The notes beneath the pieces were generated by a model. It did not search any database and was not told where the DNA came from. It was given only the letters and a program-made list of their open reading frames with translations. Shown one piece after another: positions 48,017-58,016 of a stretch of DNA of 64,000 bases (position 1 is the first letter of the stretch; each line of letters opens with the position of its first letter). The stretch is from Candidatus Babeliales bacterium (GTDB taxonomy: Bacteria; Babelota; Babeliae; Babelales; JACPOV01): the NCBI GenBank assembly GCA_050250855.1, contig JBFWNW010000002.1:210719-274718 (forward strand), read 5' to 3'. The translations under genes and the position numbers were made by a program.

Positions 48017-48081
48017 AAAAATAACTTTTTGAATGGTATACTTCCCTGCAATAAAAACCTCATGTCATAAGGAAGTTAATT

Positions 48082-49245
48082 ATGAAGATAAAATTTTTAT
48101 TATTTATTGGTTTAAGCTTTCAATTTCTTTATTGCAAAAAAGAAGAGATTAAAGCAGGAATAACGTATGAACACGTGCAGCAAGAAAAACCTGATCGCCT
48201 TTCAATGCATATAGTTACGCTTGATCTTAAAAAAGTAGATATTTCATTAGAGCGAGCTTTGGGTGGCAAGATGAATCGCGAAGAGCCTTCGTCGATTGCA
48301 TCGCGAACAGGCGCTGTTGTTGCTTGTAATGGTGCAAATTATAGACGAGGTGGTCGTTATAATGGCAATCAATTAAATCTTTGTTTAATGTATGGAAAAG
48401 TTTTTAATGATCCTCAATTTGCGCGGGGTGTTATTGCGTGGAATAAAGCTGGTAGCGTGATAATAGAGCAGTTAAAGCTTAATTGGCATTGTAAAATTGG
48501 ATCTTTAGAACTTCCTGTTGATAGAATTAATCAGCCAAAAGCGCTGCATGAAAAAATTCTTTATAATAGTACCTTTAATACGCATACATTAACTGATAAA
48601 AATAGTACCGATATCGTTATAAAAGATGGTAAGGTTATTGCTCTTAAAAAAGGAGGTAATGCCAAAATTCCTTCACATGGCTATGTATACAGTTGTGATA
48701 GCGAGGATACTCTTCTTGCAAAAATAACGGTTGGAGCACCAGTATCTGTTGATTTTACTTATAACTCTGCTGATACTGCAGATGAAATGTGGCGTAGTAT
48801 GGATTTTATATTAGGTGGTGCTGGCCTTATTTTAAAACATGGTGAGGTTGTTACTAATTTTGATCAAGAGTTTACGAATGGAAAACAAATTTTGCATTCA
48901 CATGATGAGGCTGCAGCAGATTTTCACAATGATCAAGAACGTAATTGGCTTGTTAATAAGCGTCATCCTCGAACTGCATTAGGAATACAAGAAAATGGTA
49001 CTATAGTGTTGGTGGTTGTGGATGGTAGAAAACCTGAACATAGCGTGGGAATGACGTTGCCCGAACTTGGTGCTTACATGAAATCCTTGGGATGCAAAGA
49101 TGCATTAAACCTTGGAGGTGGGGGCTGCTCAGCTTTATATATTGTTGATAAAATTGTTAATGAAGTTTCTGGTAGCGAAATTCAAGGTTCATTTTCAGCC
49201 CAAGAGCGGCCAGTTTCTGAGGCTTTTATTGTTATGCCAAAATAG
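48082..49245 (+). CDS. Phosphodiester glycosidase (NAGPA) family exported protein
   Basis: RHPRTALG, VVVDGR, G.TL.EL, ALNLGGGGCS, ERPVS. Confidence 0.85.
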   Translation: MKIKFLLFIGLSFQFLYCKKEEIKAGITYEHVQQEKPDRLSMHIVTLDLKKVDISLERALGGKMNREEPSSIASRTGAVVACNGANYRRGGRYNGNQLNLCLMYGKVFNDPQFARGVIAWNKAGSVIIEQLKLNWHCKIGSLELPVDRINQPKALHEKILYNSTFNTHTLTDKNSTDIVIKDGKVIALKKGGNAKIPSHGYVYSCDSEDTLLAKITVGAPVSVDFTYNSADTADEMWRSMDFILGGAGLILKHGEVVTNFDQEFTNGKQILHSHDEAAADFHNDQERNWLVNKRHPRTALGIQENGTIVLVVVDGRKPEHSVGMTLPELGAYMKSLGCKDALNLGGGGCSALYIVDKIVNEVSGSEIQGSFSAQERPVSEAFIVMPK

Positions 49246-49265
49246 TAATCATAAAGGATTATGTT

Positions 49266-49799
49266 ATGAAAAATATTTTATATACGTTCATGTTTTTATC
49301 GTTTGCTGTTGCCAATGCACATGATGAGAATCAACCGTGCTATACTATTTCTGTAGTAATGCATTATAAGGATACTCTTGCTACAAAATGGCAAGAAGTA
49401 ACTGATCGTGTTGCTGCCGTAGTGCAACAGTTTGAGGATGAAGAACAAAATGAAAATACAGCAGAGAGTTTTTCTCAAGATTTAACAACGGTTGCTCAAA
49501 CTATAAAAGCCCTCTATGAATTATGTGCCCCAGGTTTTTCTCACGTTGTAACAATTAATGTAGCAGATAAAGAAGAAAAAATTGATACAAATGAAAATTC
49601 TAAAGATGTTTTAGTGCAGGTGATCTTTAAACTTTCTAAGGGCATTTCTCAAGAGCAAAGAGATGCGATAAGCTTCTTAGTGACTAACTTTAAATCACTA
49701 TGTACATCAAGCATAGAGGCTTCACTTGAAAAATTGGATGATATTTTTCAAGCTATTTTTGTTTGCGCTGAGGAAGGAAGAATTTTAATTAATACTTAA
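49266..49799 (+). CDS. Secreted hypothetical protein
   Basis: Signal peptide ending ANA; RBS; acidic. Confidence 0.65.
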   Translation: MKNILYTFMFLSFAVANAHDENQPCYTISVVMHYKDTLATKWQEVTDRVAAVVQQFEDEEQNENTAESFSQDLTTVAQTIKALYELCAPGFSHVVTINVADKEEKIDTNENSKDVLVQVIFKLSKGISQEQRDAISFLVTNFKSLCTSSIEASLEKLDDIFQAIFVCAEEGRILINT

Positions 49800-49822
49800 T
49801 TAATCAAAGAGTGCTATTACCT

Positions 49823-50287
49823 ATGAAAAATACAGTAACCCTTTTTGCTTTGCTTGGAGTTTTATCAAGTAGCGCAGAGCCAATTAAAATGCCAAGCAAA
49901 AAGATCTTAAGAAGTCGTTTAAAGCTTATTTCTGGTATTTTTAATTTTGATAAAATAACCAAGTTTTCCGATAACGTAGCCAATAAAAATATAGAGCCAT
50001 TGGAGCTATCTAAATTAACTGAAGAGGCTGTTGAGTTTTATACGCTTAAGTTGACTGGTATGCTGGAGCATGATAAAAAAATGTTATCAAGGTTTATAGC
50101 TTCTCTTCCTATTAAAAGAGCTGAAGTGTTGGCTTGTTGTCTTAGAGATCATCCAAAAGCATTATTGCAGGTGTTAAAGCCTTGTGATGAAAAGACTATT
50201 ACTACTGATTTTGTTGTAGAATATGATGATAGGGCTGCTGAAGGCCATATAAAATTTTTAAAAAAACTTATTAAATCCAAACTCTAA
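49823..50287 (+). CDS. Secreted hypothetical protein
   Basis: Signal-like N-terminus MKNTVTLFALLGVLSSSA. Confidence 0.6.
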   Translation: MKNTVTLFALLGVLSSSAEPIKMPSKKILRSRLKLISGIFNFDKITKFSDNVANKNIEPLELSKLTEEAVEFYTLKLTGMLEHDKKMLSRFIASLPIKRAEVLACCLRDHPKALLQVLKPCDEKTITTDFVVEYDDRAAEGHIKFLKKLIKSKL

Positions 50288-50957
50288 TCTTTTTCCCAAT
50301 AAAAACTACTGAGCCCACATTCATGATCACCAGATGCTTGAGGAAGTTCGCATAAAATTTCCAGGCATTCTTGCTCCGAGTTAACAACAGTGATTATTTC
50401 AAGATGTTTTGTATGCAAAAGTTTGTGTTCTTGCATAACGTTGAATTGCTGTAATAAATGGCTCCAGTAACCTTCACTATTTACTATAATAATAGGCGTT
50501 TTTTGATCAGTTCAAATTGACTGTGCACTAAAAAATCCATCAGTTCATGCAAAGTGCCATAGCCGCCAGGTAAGATAATAATGGCATCACTTGCATTATG
50601 AAATGCCGTTAATCTGTTATGCATGGTATCAACCCACAATAATTGATTTTCAGGAATTTTTTTATGCTGCGCATTATACGGCCTGAGCGCCTCTGGCATA
50701 ATGCCATATAAATAATCTAATGTTTGTGCGGTAGAACAATAGCCATCAGTAACTTCTTTCATTAACCCAGTTTGTGAGCCGCCGGTTACAAGGCCAAATC
50801 CATGCTTGCCGAGTAACGTTCCAAGGTTGTGAGCAAGTAGTTTAAAAGAGTCTGCAACCTTATTATCTGCACTACAAAAAACTGCAACGTTATAGGGTGT
50901 TTGGGAAAAGCTGTTCGGTAACCAAAAGGTTAGGATAAAAAATATAATTTTTTTCAT
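50284..50957 (-). pseudogene. LOG family (TIGR00730) nucleotide phosphoribohydrolase with signal peptide, frameshifted at an A6 run
   Basis: VAVFCS, TGG..GLM, MH.R, PGGYGTLHE. The frame stops at 50484, but adding one A at 50499-50504 continues TPIIIVNSEGYW... to TAG at 50284-50286. Confidence 0.8.
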
Positions 50958-50974
50958 GGGTTCTCACAATAATA

Positions 50975-52327
50975 TTAAGGGATATCATCAAAGTCACAAG
51001 GCAGGTCACTGAAAGCTAACTCTGGGGCCGGTTTATTTAGGTTTATTTTTTTTTCTCCTTGCAAAGCTAAGAGTTCTTGTAAGGGTAATTCAAAAACTTC
51101 GTTATTAGGATCTTTAATGAATAATGATTTTTGTGTCAAGAAAAAATTTTCCTTAAGATATTTATTAAAAATAAGTTTAAGTTTTGCTTTTTGAGAAGGG
51201 CTTTGTTTTATTACTTTATTAAAATCAAATATATAAAGGGCGCTTTTTTCTTGGGTTACTGGCGGTGATTCAAAATAAGAATACCGATGAAGATCACTTT
51301 CTTTTTTTTCTTTTTTGTGAGTTATTATCGCTAAATAGCTATCAGTTGGATCAAGCTGTAAAGAACGTATTTTCTCTTTTCTATCTATAGGTAGAGAGGA
51401 TATATAAGGATTTAGAGTATTTTGAAAATCTTGTGTACCATTATTTTCCCAAACCATTATTTTTTTTTCTGATTTATTATCTGATGATTTATCAACAATG
51501 GCAAAAATATTTTTTTTATGAGAAAAAATAGGTAGGTTGCTGGAAACAAGTGCGAACTTGTTATAGGGCTTTCCACTTGCAAAATGAGGTAAATTCTCGG
51601 TAACAATTTTTTTATTTTTTGGGTCAAAATGGCAAAGCTGAAATCCTGTTAGATTTTCATTTTCAGCAATAAAATAGTTATCTTTGAAAAACAATAGATC
51701 ATCACACAAAGGATAATCTATGATGCTTGTTTGGCCAGTTTGAGTGTCAAAGAGCGTTGATTGCATTTCCCATAAGATTAACAAATCATGGTTATTTATA
51801 AATGCTATTTTTCTTAAGTGGCGGGGGTAAAGTCTATTATTATTTATTTCATATGATTTTTCTTGCGCAAAATTATCGGTAGACTGAATTCTCAGGGTAA
51901 ATCCAGGGTCATTACGCGCACAATAATGGAGAGTGGCAATTAAGGCATTATTCGGACTTATTGCTAGTTCTGAATAGTTATTAATATTTAAAACGTGGGT
52001 GTTTTTATGGTAACCAATTTCTTTAAAAAGCTCACTGGTAATAAATAAAGAAGACTTTTCACTTTCAATTATGGCCCGTAAACCCGTTAGCTCTTGGCGA
52101 TAGGAAAAAGTTGGGTCTTTTTCCTGGGTGGGATTTTGCTGCGGCGTGTTAGGGATTTTTTGCAAAGGTTGGTTAGGTTTTTTTAATTGAGGTTTTATTG
52201 AGGGCTTCTTTTTTTCAGGTTGCTTGAGCAATGCTTGCAAATAGCTGAGTTTTTCTATTTTTTTTTCTTCCATGCCAGAAAGAGGCAACATATACATGAA
52301 GTGAAAAACAAATAATAGCTTTTTCAT
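50975..52327 (-). CDS. Secreted hypothetical protein, possible beta-propeller
   Basis: Signal + GMEE; P/Q/K linker; WD-like segments (LAISPNNALIAT, SLQLDPTDSYLAI). Confidence 0.6.
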   Translation of the reverse strand: MKKLLFVFHFMYMLPLSGMEEKKIEKLSYLQALLKQPEKKKPSIKPQLKKPNQPLQKIPNTPQQNPTQEKDPTFSYRQELTGLRAIIESEKSSLFITSELFKEIGYHKNTHVLNINNYSELAISPNNALIATLHYCARNDPGFTLRIQSTDNFAQEKSYEINNNRLYPRHLRKIAFINNHDLLILWEMQSTLFDTQTGQTSIIDYPLCDDLLFFKDNYFIAENENLTGFQLCHFDPKNKKIVTENLPHFASGKPYNKFALVSSNLPIFSHKKNIFAIVDKSSDNKSEKKIMVWENNGTQDFQNTLNPYISSLPIDRKEKIRSLQLDPTDSYLAIITHKKEKKESDLHRYSYFESPPVTQEKSALYIFDFNKVIKQSPSQKAKLKLIFNKYLKENFFLTQKSLFIKDPNNEVFELPLQELLALQGEKKINLNKPAPELAFSDLPCDFDDIP

Positions 52328-52421
52328 GATTCCTGAGAATTCATATGGTTCCTTTATTTTTTTTTGATAGTTTAGCATAATGAAGGCATGTTGAATATGT
52401 GTTTTATTAGAAGGATTTTTT

Positions 52422-53090
52422 ATGAAACGTTTATTTTTTTCTTTGATTATGCTGGGCGCTATTTTTGTGGCTTGTGCAACAGGTCAAGAACAGTACTCTT
52501 TTGCCCTTGTTAAAGGTGATGCTGTTGAGCAGATATTTCCTTTGTATCGTTATTTATACTTAGTGGAATATCAAGAATATCCGTATTTATATAAAGGGAA
52601 TGCGCAGGAAGTTGAAGAGTATATTACTTTCTTGAAAGATCAACCAGATACGGTTGTTGCGATTGTATATTATAACGATGAGCCCGTTGGTTTTGCTTGC
52701 GCTACGTCGTTTTTAAATTTTGATAAACATTTTGAAGGATCTGCTCAAGTTTTTAAAGACGCAGGATTGCAACCGGAAGACTATTTTTATGGTGCTGATG
52801 TTTTTATACAAAAAGAGCACCAGGGTAATTTTTTAAGCAAAAAACTTTTGCAGGCTCTAGAAGAGCATGCTCAGCAATCTGGCTACAATAAGATCTGCTT
52901 TATTTATGAATCTTATGATGAACATCCTAGCAAGCCGAGTGATTTTGTAGATCCTGAGCCAGTGTATCAGCGCTTGGGGTATATCAAAACTGATCTTGCT
53001 ACAAAATTTACCTGGAATACTATACTACCAGATGGAACTACTAATGATCGTGAGCACGTTCTTACGTATTGGGTAAAAAACATAGAGTAA
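52422..53090 (+). CDS. GNAT acetyltransferase with signal peptide
   Basis: EYPYLY.G, EHQG, HPSKP.D, Y.RLGY, L.YWVK. Confidence 0.8.
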   Translation: MKRLFFSLIMLGAIFVACATGQEQYSFALVKGDAVEQIFPLYRYLYLVEYQEYPYLYKGNAQEVEEYITFLKDQPDTVVAIVYYNDEPVGFACATSFLNFDKHFEGSAQVFKDAGLQPEDYFYGADVFIQKEHQGNFLSKKLLQALEEHAQQSGYNKICFIYESYDEHPSKPSDFVDPEPVYQRLGYIKTDLATKFTWNTILPDGTTNDREHVLTYWVKNIE

Positions 53091-53118
53091 AAAATTTTAA
53101 AAAGTTTTTTATAAGGTG

Positions 53119-53163
53119 TTTCGTATGCTTCGAGACGCTCGCTGAGCTCCTCAGCACGAACGG
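53119..53163. repeat. Single REP-like unit (locus G)
   Basis: ttcgtaTGCttcgagacgctcgctgagctcctcaGCAcgaacgg fits the NNCTTCGA...CTCAGNN consensus. Confidence 0.75.
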
Positions 53164-53278
53164 GGATTTAAAAATTTGATTATTGGAAAGTTAATTTATT
53201 CTTTGAATAGCTGATTTATGTCGTCCTATTGCGATATTTCATAAAAAATATATACTGTATTAAAAACGATATAATATT

Positions 53279-54058
53279 ATGAAACCTCGTAAAAACGCCA
53301 TTATTATTACCGGTATTGATGATGCCACCAAATGTCCCTGTATAGGCAGTATTTTTGTTGCCGGGGTGGTGGCAGATAAAACCACTATTGCTCGGTGGAA
53401 AAAACTAGGCGTCAAAGATAGTAAGCTTGTTGCCCCAAAAAAGCGTTTTAAGCTTGAAAAAATTATCAAAGAAACCGCGCTTGCCTATTCTATTTGCCAG
53501 ATAACGCCGGCCATGATTGATGATAAAAGCCTTAATCTTAATGATTGGGAAATGGTTACTGTTTTTAACATTCTCAAAGAGCTTTATCAAAAGCAATCAA
53601 TGCTTGGTGATGTGCATGTTGATAACTGGGAAACATCAACAAAAGGGTTTAACGAGCGCTTTGCCAGGATATTGAGTGATGAGGTTTCCACGCAACTTCA
53701 TGAAAGAAATATAGCATTTGATAAAGAGCAACTGCGTGCTACCTACTTTTTGCCCGAACACCGCGCCGATGAGCTGTATACCATTGTTGGCGCTGCTTCT
53801 ATATTAGCAAAAACTTCATCTGATATTCAATATCAAGAATACAAGAAAATCTATGGTGATTTTGGCAGCGGGAGCCCTGCAGACCCTAAAACACGGTTTT
53901 TTGTCTGGCAGCACCGCCAAAATCCCTTGCCCATTATACGCAAGAGTTGGAATACATTCAAAACATTAGTGAAGTTAACATCAATTACGCAAGATCCTCT
54001 TTACAAAATAAAGAAGAAAAAAGCTAAAGATCAAATAACAATCTCCAATCCATCATAA
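53279..54058 (+). CDS. rnhB: Ribonuclease HII, divergent archaeal/eukaryotic-like type
   Basis: GIDDATKCP, GVKDSK, AASILAK, YGDFGSGSPADPKT, IRKSW. Confidence 0.75.
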   Translation: MKPRKNAIIITGIDDATKCPCIGSIFVAGVVADKTTIARWKKLGVKDSKLVAPKKRFKLEKIIKETALAYSICQITPAMIDDKSLNLNDWEMVTVFNILKELYQKQSMLGDVHVDNWETSTKGFNERFARILSDEVSTQLHERNIAFDKEQLRATYFLPEHRADELYTIVGAASILAKTSSDIQYQEYKKIYGDFGSGSPADPKTRFFVWQHRQNPLPIIRKSWNTFKTLVKLTSITQDPLYKIKKKKAKDQITISNPS

Positions 54059-54723
54059 CCGACAATAATTTCAATATCATATTTTTTTGCCAATTTTTTA
54101 AACTCTTTATGCGCTTGTTTGTTATCTTTATAAAACCACGCACCAAAATGCATAAAAGCGATAACATGTGTATACGGTTTAAAAAGCTTTATCAAATTTG
54201 GCACGCCGGTGTGCCCATAAATTTGTCCGGTTTCTTTTTTTCTGCGCACCATGCCACCGGTACGCATAAAACTAGCTTCAGTGATAACTAGATCAAGATT
54301 CTTAAGAAGCTTGTGATATTTTTTTTCAATCCAGATCATATCGCCCGTATAGAGTATTTTTTTGCCATTATGTTTAATAAGATAAGCATTTGATTGTACC
54401 TTTGCACTATGAATGGTAGGAATAGGAATAATGGTATAGTTTCCTATTTTGAAAGCTTTTTTAGTGACCTGTATGGCAACATCATCATATTCTTCCGGTG
54501 CATAGATAGGTATTTTTGTTACAGGCTTTTCATGATGACGTACAAAATAAGCATGATCAGGATGCAAATGAGTAAGCAAGAGAGCTTTTGGTTTATAAGA
54601 TAAAAAGCTTTGTTGGCCACAATCAAGCAAGAGCGTAGTATCTATAAGTACGCCCGATTTTTTTGAATGATACGGAGCAGATTCTTCAATCTCACCACGC
54701 GTACCTAATAGTTTAATCTTCAT
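54031..54723 (-). CDS. MBL-fold metallo-hydrolase
   Basis: LLGT, LDCG, THLHPDH, HS, YTGD, H, YDG. Confidence 0.88.
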   Translation of the reverse strand: MKIKLLGTRGEIEESAPYHSKKSGVLIDTTLLLDCGQQSFLSYKPKALLLTHLHPDHAYFVRHHEKPVTKIPIYAPEEYDDVAIQVTKKAFKIGNYTIIPIPTIHSAKVQSNAYLIKHNGKKILYTGDMIWIEKKYHKLLKNLDLVITEASFMRTGGMVRRKKETGQIYGHTGVPNLIKLFKPYTHVIAFMHFGAWFYKDNKQAHKEFKKLAKKYDIEIIVGYDGLEIVI

Positions 54724-54773
54724 AGTTTTAAGCTTAGAAGATTTTTAGCGTTATTTTCTAGAGTTAATAAATT

Positions 54774-55601
54774 TCATTTTATGAGATTATTTAAATAATC
54801 AAGGACTGTACTCATAATGGTCATAGTTATTACAACACCACAAAGACGAGGTGCTGTTCCTCTATAAAAATTAAAAAAAGAAGGCTTATTATTTTTTCCA
54901 TAATAGACTGATTGCGCTACTTTTTTAATAGAATTATTGTTCATAGTTCCTTGCATATTGGTTTTAACAGTATCCAGAGGTTGTGTTGCAAGAGCTGAAA
55001 ACATTCCTGCAGCCATTCCAGGAGCAATGGTTTGAATAGTAGCATTATCAATTTTTTCTGAAATTCTTTTTTTTAATACTGGATGCACATAAAAAAGGGC
55101 AGCAGAAGAAGTAATATCTCGTGCTATAATAAGCTGTATGCCGCGCAGTAATCCTTGTATTCCATAATTTTTTATGATTGATGCTAAGGCAGCAAAACAG
55201 GTTCCACCATTGTTTTGTTGTTGAGTAATTAAAAGCTCACGAGGGCCTGAGATAGTACTTGATGCAAAGCCTGCTCCAATAATAGGAATAAGTTTTTGTA
55301 TTTCAAGTGGTAACGAGGCATCTTGCATTTTATTGTTTAAAAAACTGAAAGTCGTATTTTGTACTGCAGATCTAGGAACATAACCAGAGATATTTATTGG
55401 AAGACCTCGAAACCAATGTAGAGGGTTTTTGCTGAAAGGCATATTTTGTTGCGATTTATTTTTCCAATAAAAAAATGGTTGGACTGCAGTACTAGCTAGC
55501 GAGCCAGCTGCAGCTCCGATAGCAGCATTTTTTAGCATTTCATGTTCAGTTGCCTGTATGCAGTACCATAAAAAAACAATACAAGAGGATAATTTCCACA
55601 T
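54774..55601 (-). CDS. Mitochondrial carrier (SLC25) family protein with N-terminal signal-like peptide
   Basis: Three repeats: QPFFYWKNKSQ/WFRG, GPRELLITQQQ/GLLRG, QPLDTVKTNMQ/FYRG. Confidence 0.85.
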   Translation of the reverse strand: MWKLSSCIVFLWYCIQATEHEMLKNAAIGAAAGSLASTAVQPFFYWKNKSQQNMPFSKNPLHWFRGLPINISGYVPRSAVQNTTFSFLNNKMQDASLPLEIQKLIPIIGAGFASSTISGPRELLITQQQNNGGTCFAALASIIKNYGIQGLLRGIQLIIARDITSSAALFYVHPVLKKRISEKIDNATIQTIAPGMAAGMFSALATQPLDTVKTNMQGTMNNNSIKKVAQSVYYGKNNKPSFFNFYRGTAPRLCGVVITMTIMSTVLDYLNNLIK

Positions 55602-55691
55602 TACAAATCCTTTTTACATTGCTAAAAGAGTAAAATTGTTTTATTGTGTAACCACCATTAAAATATACTATTTTTACCAAGAAGGGGTACT

Positions 55692-57356
55692 GTGAAATTA
55701 ACGAATCTTCTCATAGTATTTGTTATCATTGTATCATCAATATTTTCAACACTTGTCATGAGTTACATTGCTATGGCTTCCGGCATAGGGCCATGGATTG
55801 AAACAACGCTGGTACTTTTTTCTATGCTTTTTTTTAATATAGCAGCACGGTTTATTGCTCTTCCTTATGTTGAATCCATAGGTCTGACAACTTCTGCTGG
55901 TGGCATTGGTGGCATTATGGCAACAAGCTTTGCTTTTTCTTTGCCAACACTTTATTTTATTGCACCCGAAGTATTTAATGCATGGATGGCAAATCCATTA
56001 CTTTTCTTTTTTATTTTTACCGTATTTGCTTTGGCGGCAGGAAGTTTTGGTTTTTTAATGGCAGAAGCATGCGAAGAACAGTTATTAGTGCGTGAGAAAA
56101 TGAAATTCCCTATCGGCGAACTGGTTTATAATACTATTGTTGATAAAGGGCAAATAAATAGGGCACGCGAACTGGTAGCAGGTTTTTTTGGTACACAGTT
56201 TTTTTTACAGATTATTACGCGTTTCAGATTGATTTCTGAAACAATAGTTTTAAATAATACGCATCAATTTTCTATGTTTATAGTGCCCACATTTATTATT
56301 CCTTTGACGCAATTTCCTATGTATATTGCCGTTGGCTTTGTAACCGGTTATGTTATTGCAATGCCGTTGCTTGTTGGTTTTTTACTCAAAATGCTCTGTT
56401 TAAATCCTCTTTTTTATATATACACTAATCCGCATGCATATTTTCCTTCGCCAATATTTTCTTGGCTAACACCTAATAGTTTAACAGAGAGTGAATTTTC
56501 ATTAGCATTTTGTAGCGGCATGGTTGTTTATGGTGCTGCTGCAGGATTTTGGATGTTGCTTCCTTCGCTAAAAAATTTTGTTGTTTCGCTCAAGGAAAAA
56601 GAATATTCCTTGCGTATGAATGTACGAGAATACGCGCAAATCCCTTGGCTTGCATCAGTGCTGATTTTGTTGCTTAACAGCATTATATTATGGCATTTTG
56701 AGTTTTCATTACTCATGCAGCTGTACCTTTTTATATTTTCAGGAATTTGTATCTATCAAATGCTTATTATTGCCGGCAAAATGGGGATTATTCCGTTAGG
56801 ACGTTTTGCCACCTTTGTTATGATTCCTGGTATGCTTCTTTTTAATCTCAATGCGGTACAAATTACGTTAATTGCAGCATTCGTTGAAATTGCTGGTGGC
56901 GTTGCGGGCGATATTTTGTTTGGGCGTCGGGTTGCGCAACTTGCTTCTATTGAACGAAAAAAAATGGTATGGGCTCAATGGATTGGTTTTATAGTAAGTG
57001 CCTTAGTAATCGGTGTTATTTTTTGGGTATTTATTAATAATCTAGGGCTTGGTAAAGCTGCAGGCTTGCCGGTCATAAAAGCTTACAATCGTGCATTGCT
57101 TATTAATTTTAAAAGTTTTGATTTTTATGTGCTGGTGATGGGAATCTTTTTTGGCTATTTTGTAAAGTTTACCAAAATTAATCCAGCCTTATTATTAGGT
57201 GGTATTTTAATGCCTCCGAATATTTCTCTTATGCTTATTGTTGGAGGATTGGTATCCCTTATGGTATATAATAAAGAGCAGTATTATCCATTAATGTCTG
57301 GTATTTCTGCGGGTAATTCTGTATGGCTTTTATTGCATGCATTATTACGCGCATAA
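55692..57356 (+). CDS. OPT/YSL family transporter
   Basis: About 16 TM segments; YIAM..G, KMKFP.G motif, GR.A. Confidence 0.7.
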   Translation: MKLTNLLIVFVIIVSSIFSTLVMSYIAMASGIGPWIETTLVLFSMLFFNIAARFIALPYVESIGLTTSAGGIGGIMATSFAFSLPTLYFIAPEVFNAWMANPLLFFFIFTVFALAAGSFGFLMAEACEEQLLVREKMKFPIGELVYNTIVDKGQINRARELVAGFFGTQFFLQIITRFRLISETIVLNNTHQFSMFIVPTFIIPLTQFPMYIAVGFVTGYVIAMPLLVGFLLKMLCLNPLFYIYTNPHAYFPSPIFSWLTPNSLTESEFSLAFCSGMVVYGAAAGFWMLLPSLKNFVVSLKEKEYSLRMNVREYAQIPWLASVLILLLNSIILWHFEFSLLMQLYLFIFSGICIYQMLIIAGKMGIIPLGRFATFVMIPGMLLFNLNAVQITLIAAFVEIAGGVAGDILFGRRVAQLASIERKKMVWAQWIGFIVSALVIGVIFWVFINNLGLGKAAGLPVIKAYNRALLINFKSFDFYVLVMGIFFGYFVKFTKINPALLLGGILMPPNISLMLIVGGLVSLMVYNKEQYYPLMSGISAGNSVWLLLHALLRA

Positions 57357-57373
57357 ATATTGTAGGGGAATAT

Positions 57374-57658
57374 ATGAAAAAGAGCATACTCGTGTGCGCA
57401 TGTGCTATTTTTACGACTTTTATGCAAGCAGACCATATTGTTTCTTATAATATTGTGGATGGCGCCACAGTATATATTAAGTATGGTGATGAAAAAGATA
57501 TTTATGTTACCTATAATTTAAAGACATACTCAATGCTCATTCACCATTGCTCTTCCAACACATGGACCAAGGAAGATTCTTCTTTGGCAGAATTAACCTT
57601 TAAGGAGTTTAAAGAATCTAGCCAGTTTTTAAAGGTTCTAGGGGGAAAAAATGAATAA
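57374..57658 (+). CDS. Small secreted protein, family member 1 of 3
   Basis: Signal; YNLKTYS...AELTFKEF. Confidence 0.65.
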   Translation: MKKSILVCACAIFTTFMQADHIVSYNIVDGATVYIKYGDEKDIYVTYNLKTYSMLIHHCSSNTWTKEDSSLAELTFKEFKESSQFLKVLGGKNE

Positions 57659-58004
57659 ATTTTTTTTAGTAGTATTGTTTATACAGGGTATGTTGATGGC
57701 ACAAGAAGCACAAGAATGTGTGCATAAGGGAACTACAAAGTTTAAAGGAAGTTTAGAGTATACAGAGCGCGGGAATGAAATTTTTTATGTTGATCATCAA
57801 ACAGGATGTGATACGTGTGTATTTTTTAATAGGCAAACACAAGAATATACAGCACATGTGCGTTATTTTAAGTCGCATGCTATTAACCATGAAGCTTCAA
57901 AAGCTCAAACTATGTTTAATGAGCTGAAAAAGCGTTATGAAGATGCTCAAGAGGAAGAGTTAGCTGTTTCATTTGAGTATATAATGACTGAAACTAATGA
58001 ATAA
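57651..58004 (+). CDS. Small secreted protein, family member 2 of 3
   Basis: Signal; FNRQTQEYTA...AQTMFNELKKRYE. Confidence 0.7.
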   Translation: MNKFFLVVLFIQGMLMAQEAQECVHKGTTKFKGSLEYTERGNEIFYVDHQTGCDTCVFFNRQTQEYTAHVRYFKSHAINHEASKAQTMFNELKKRYEDAQEEELAVSFEYIMTETNE

Positions 58005-58016
58005 TCGGGATTTTTT

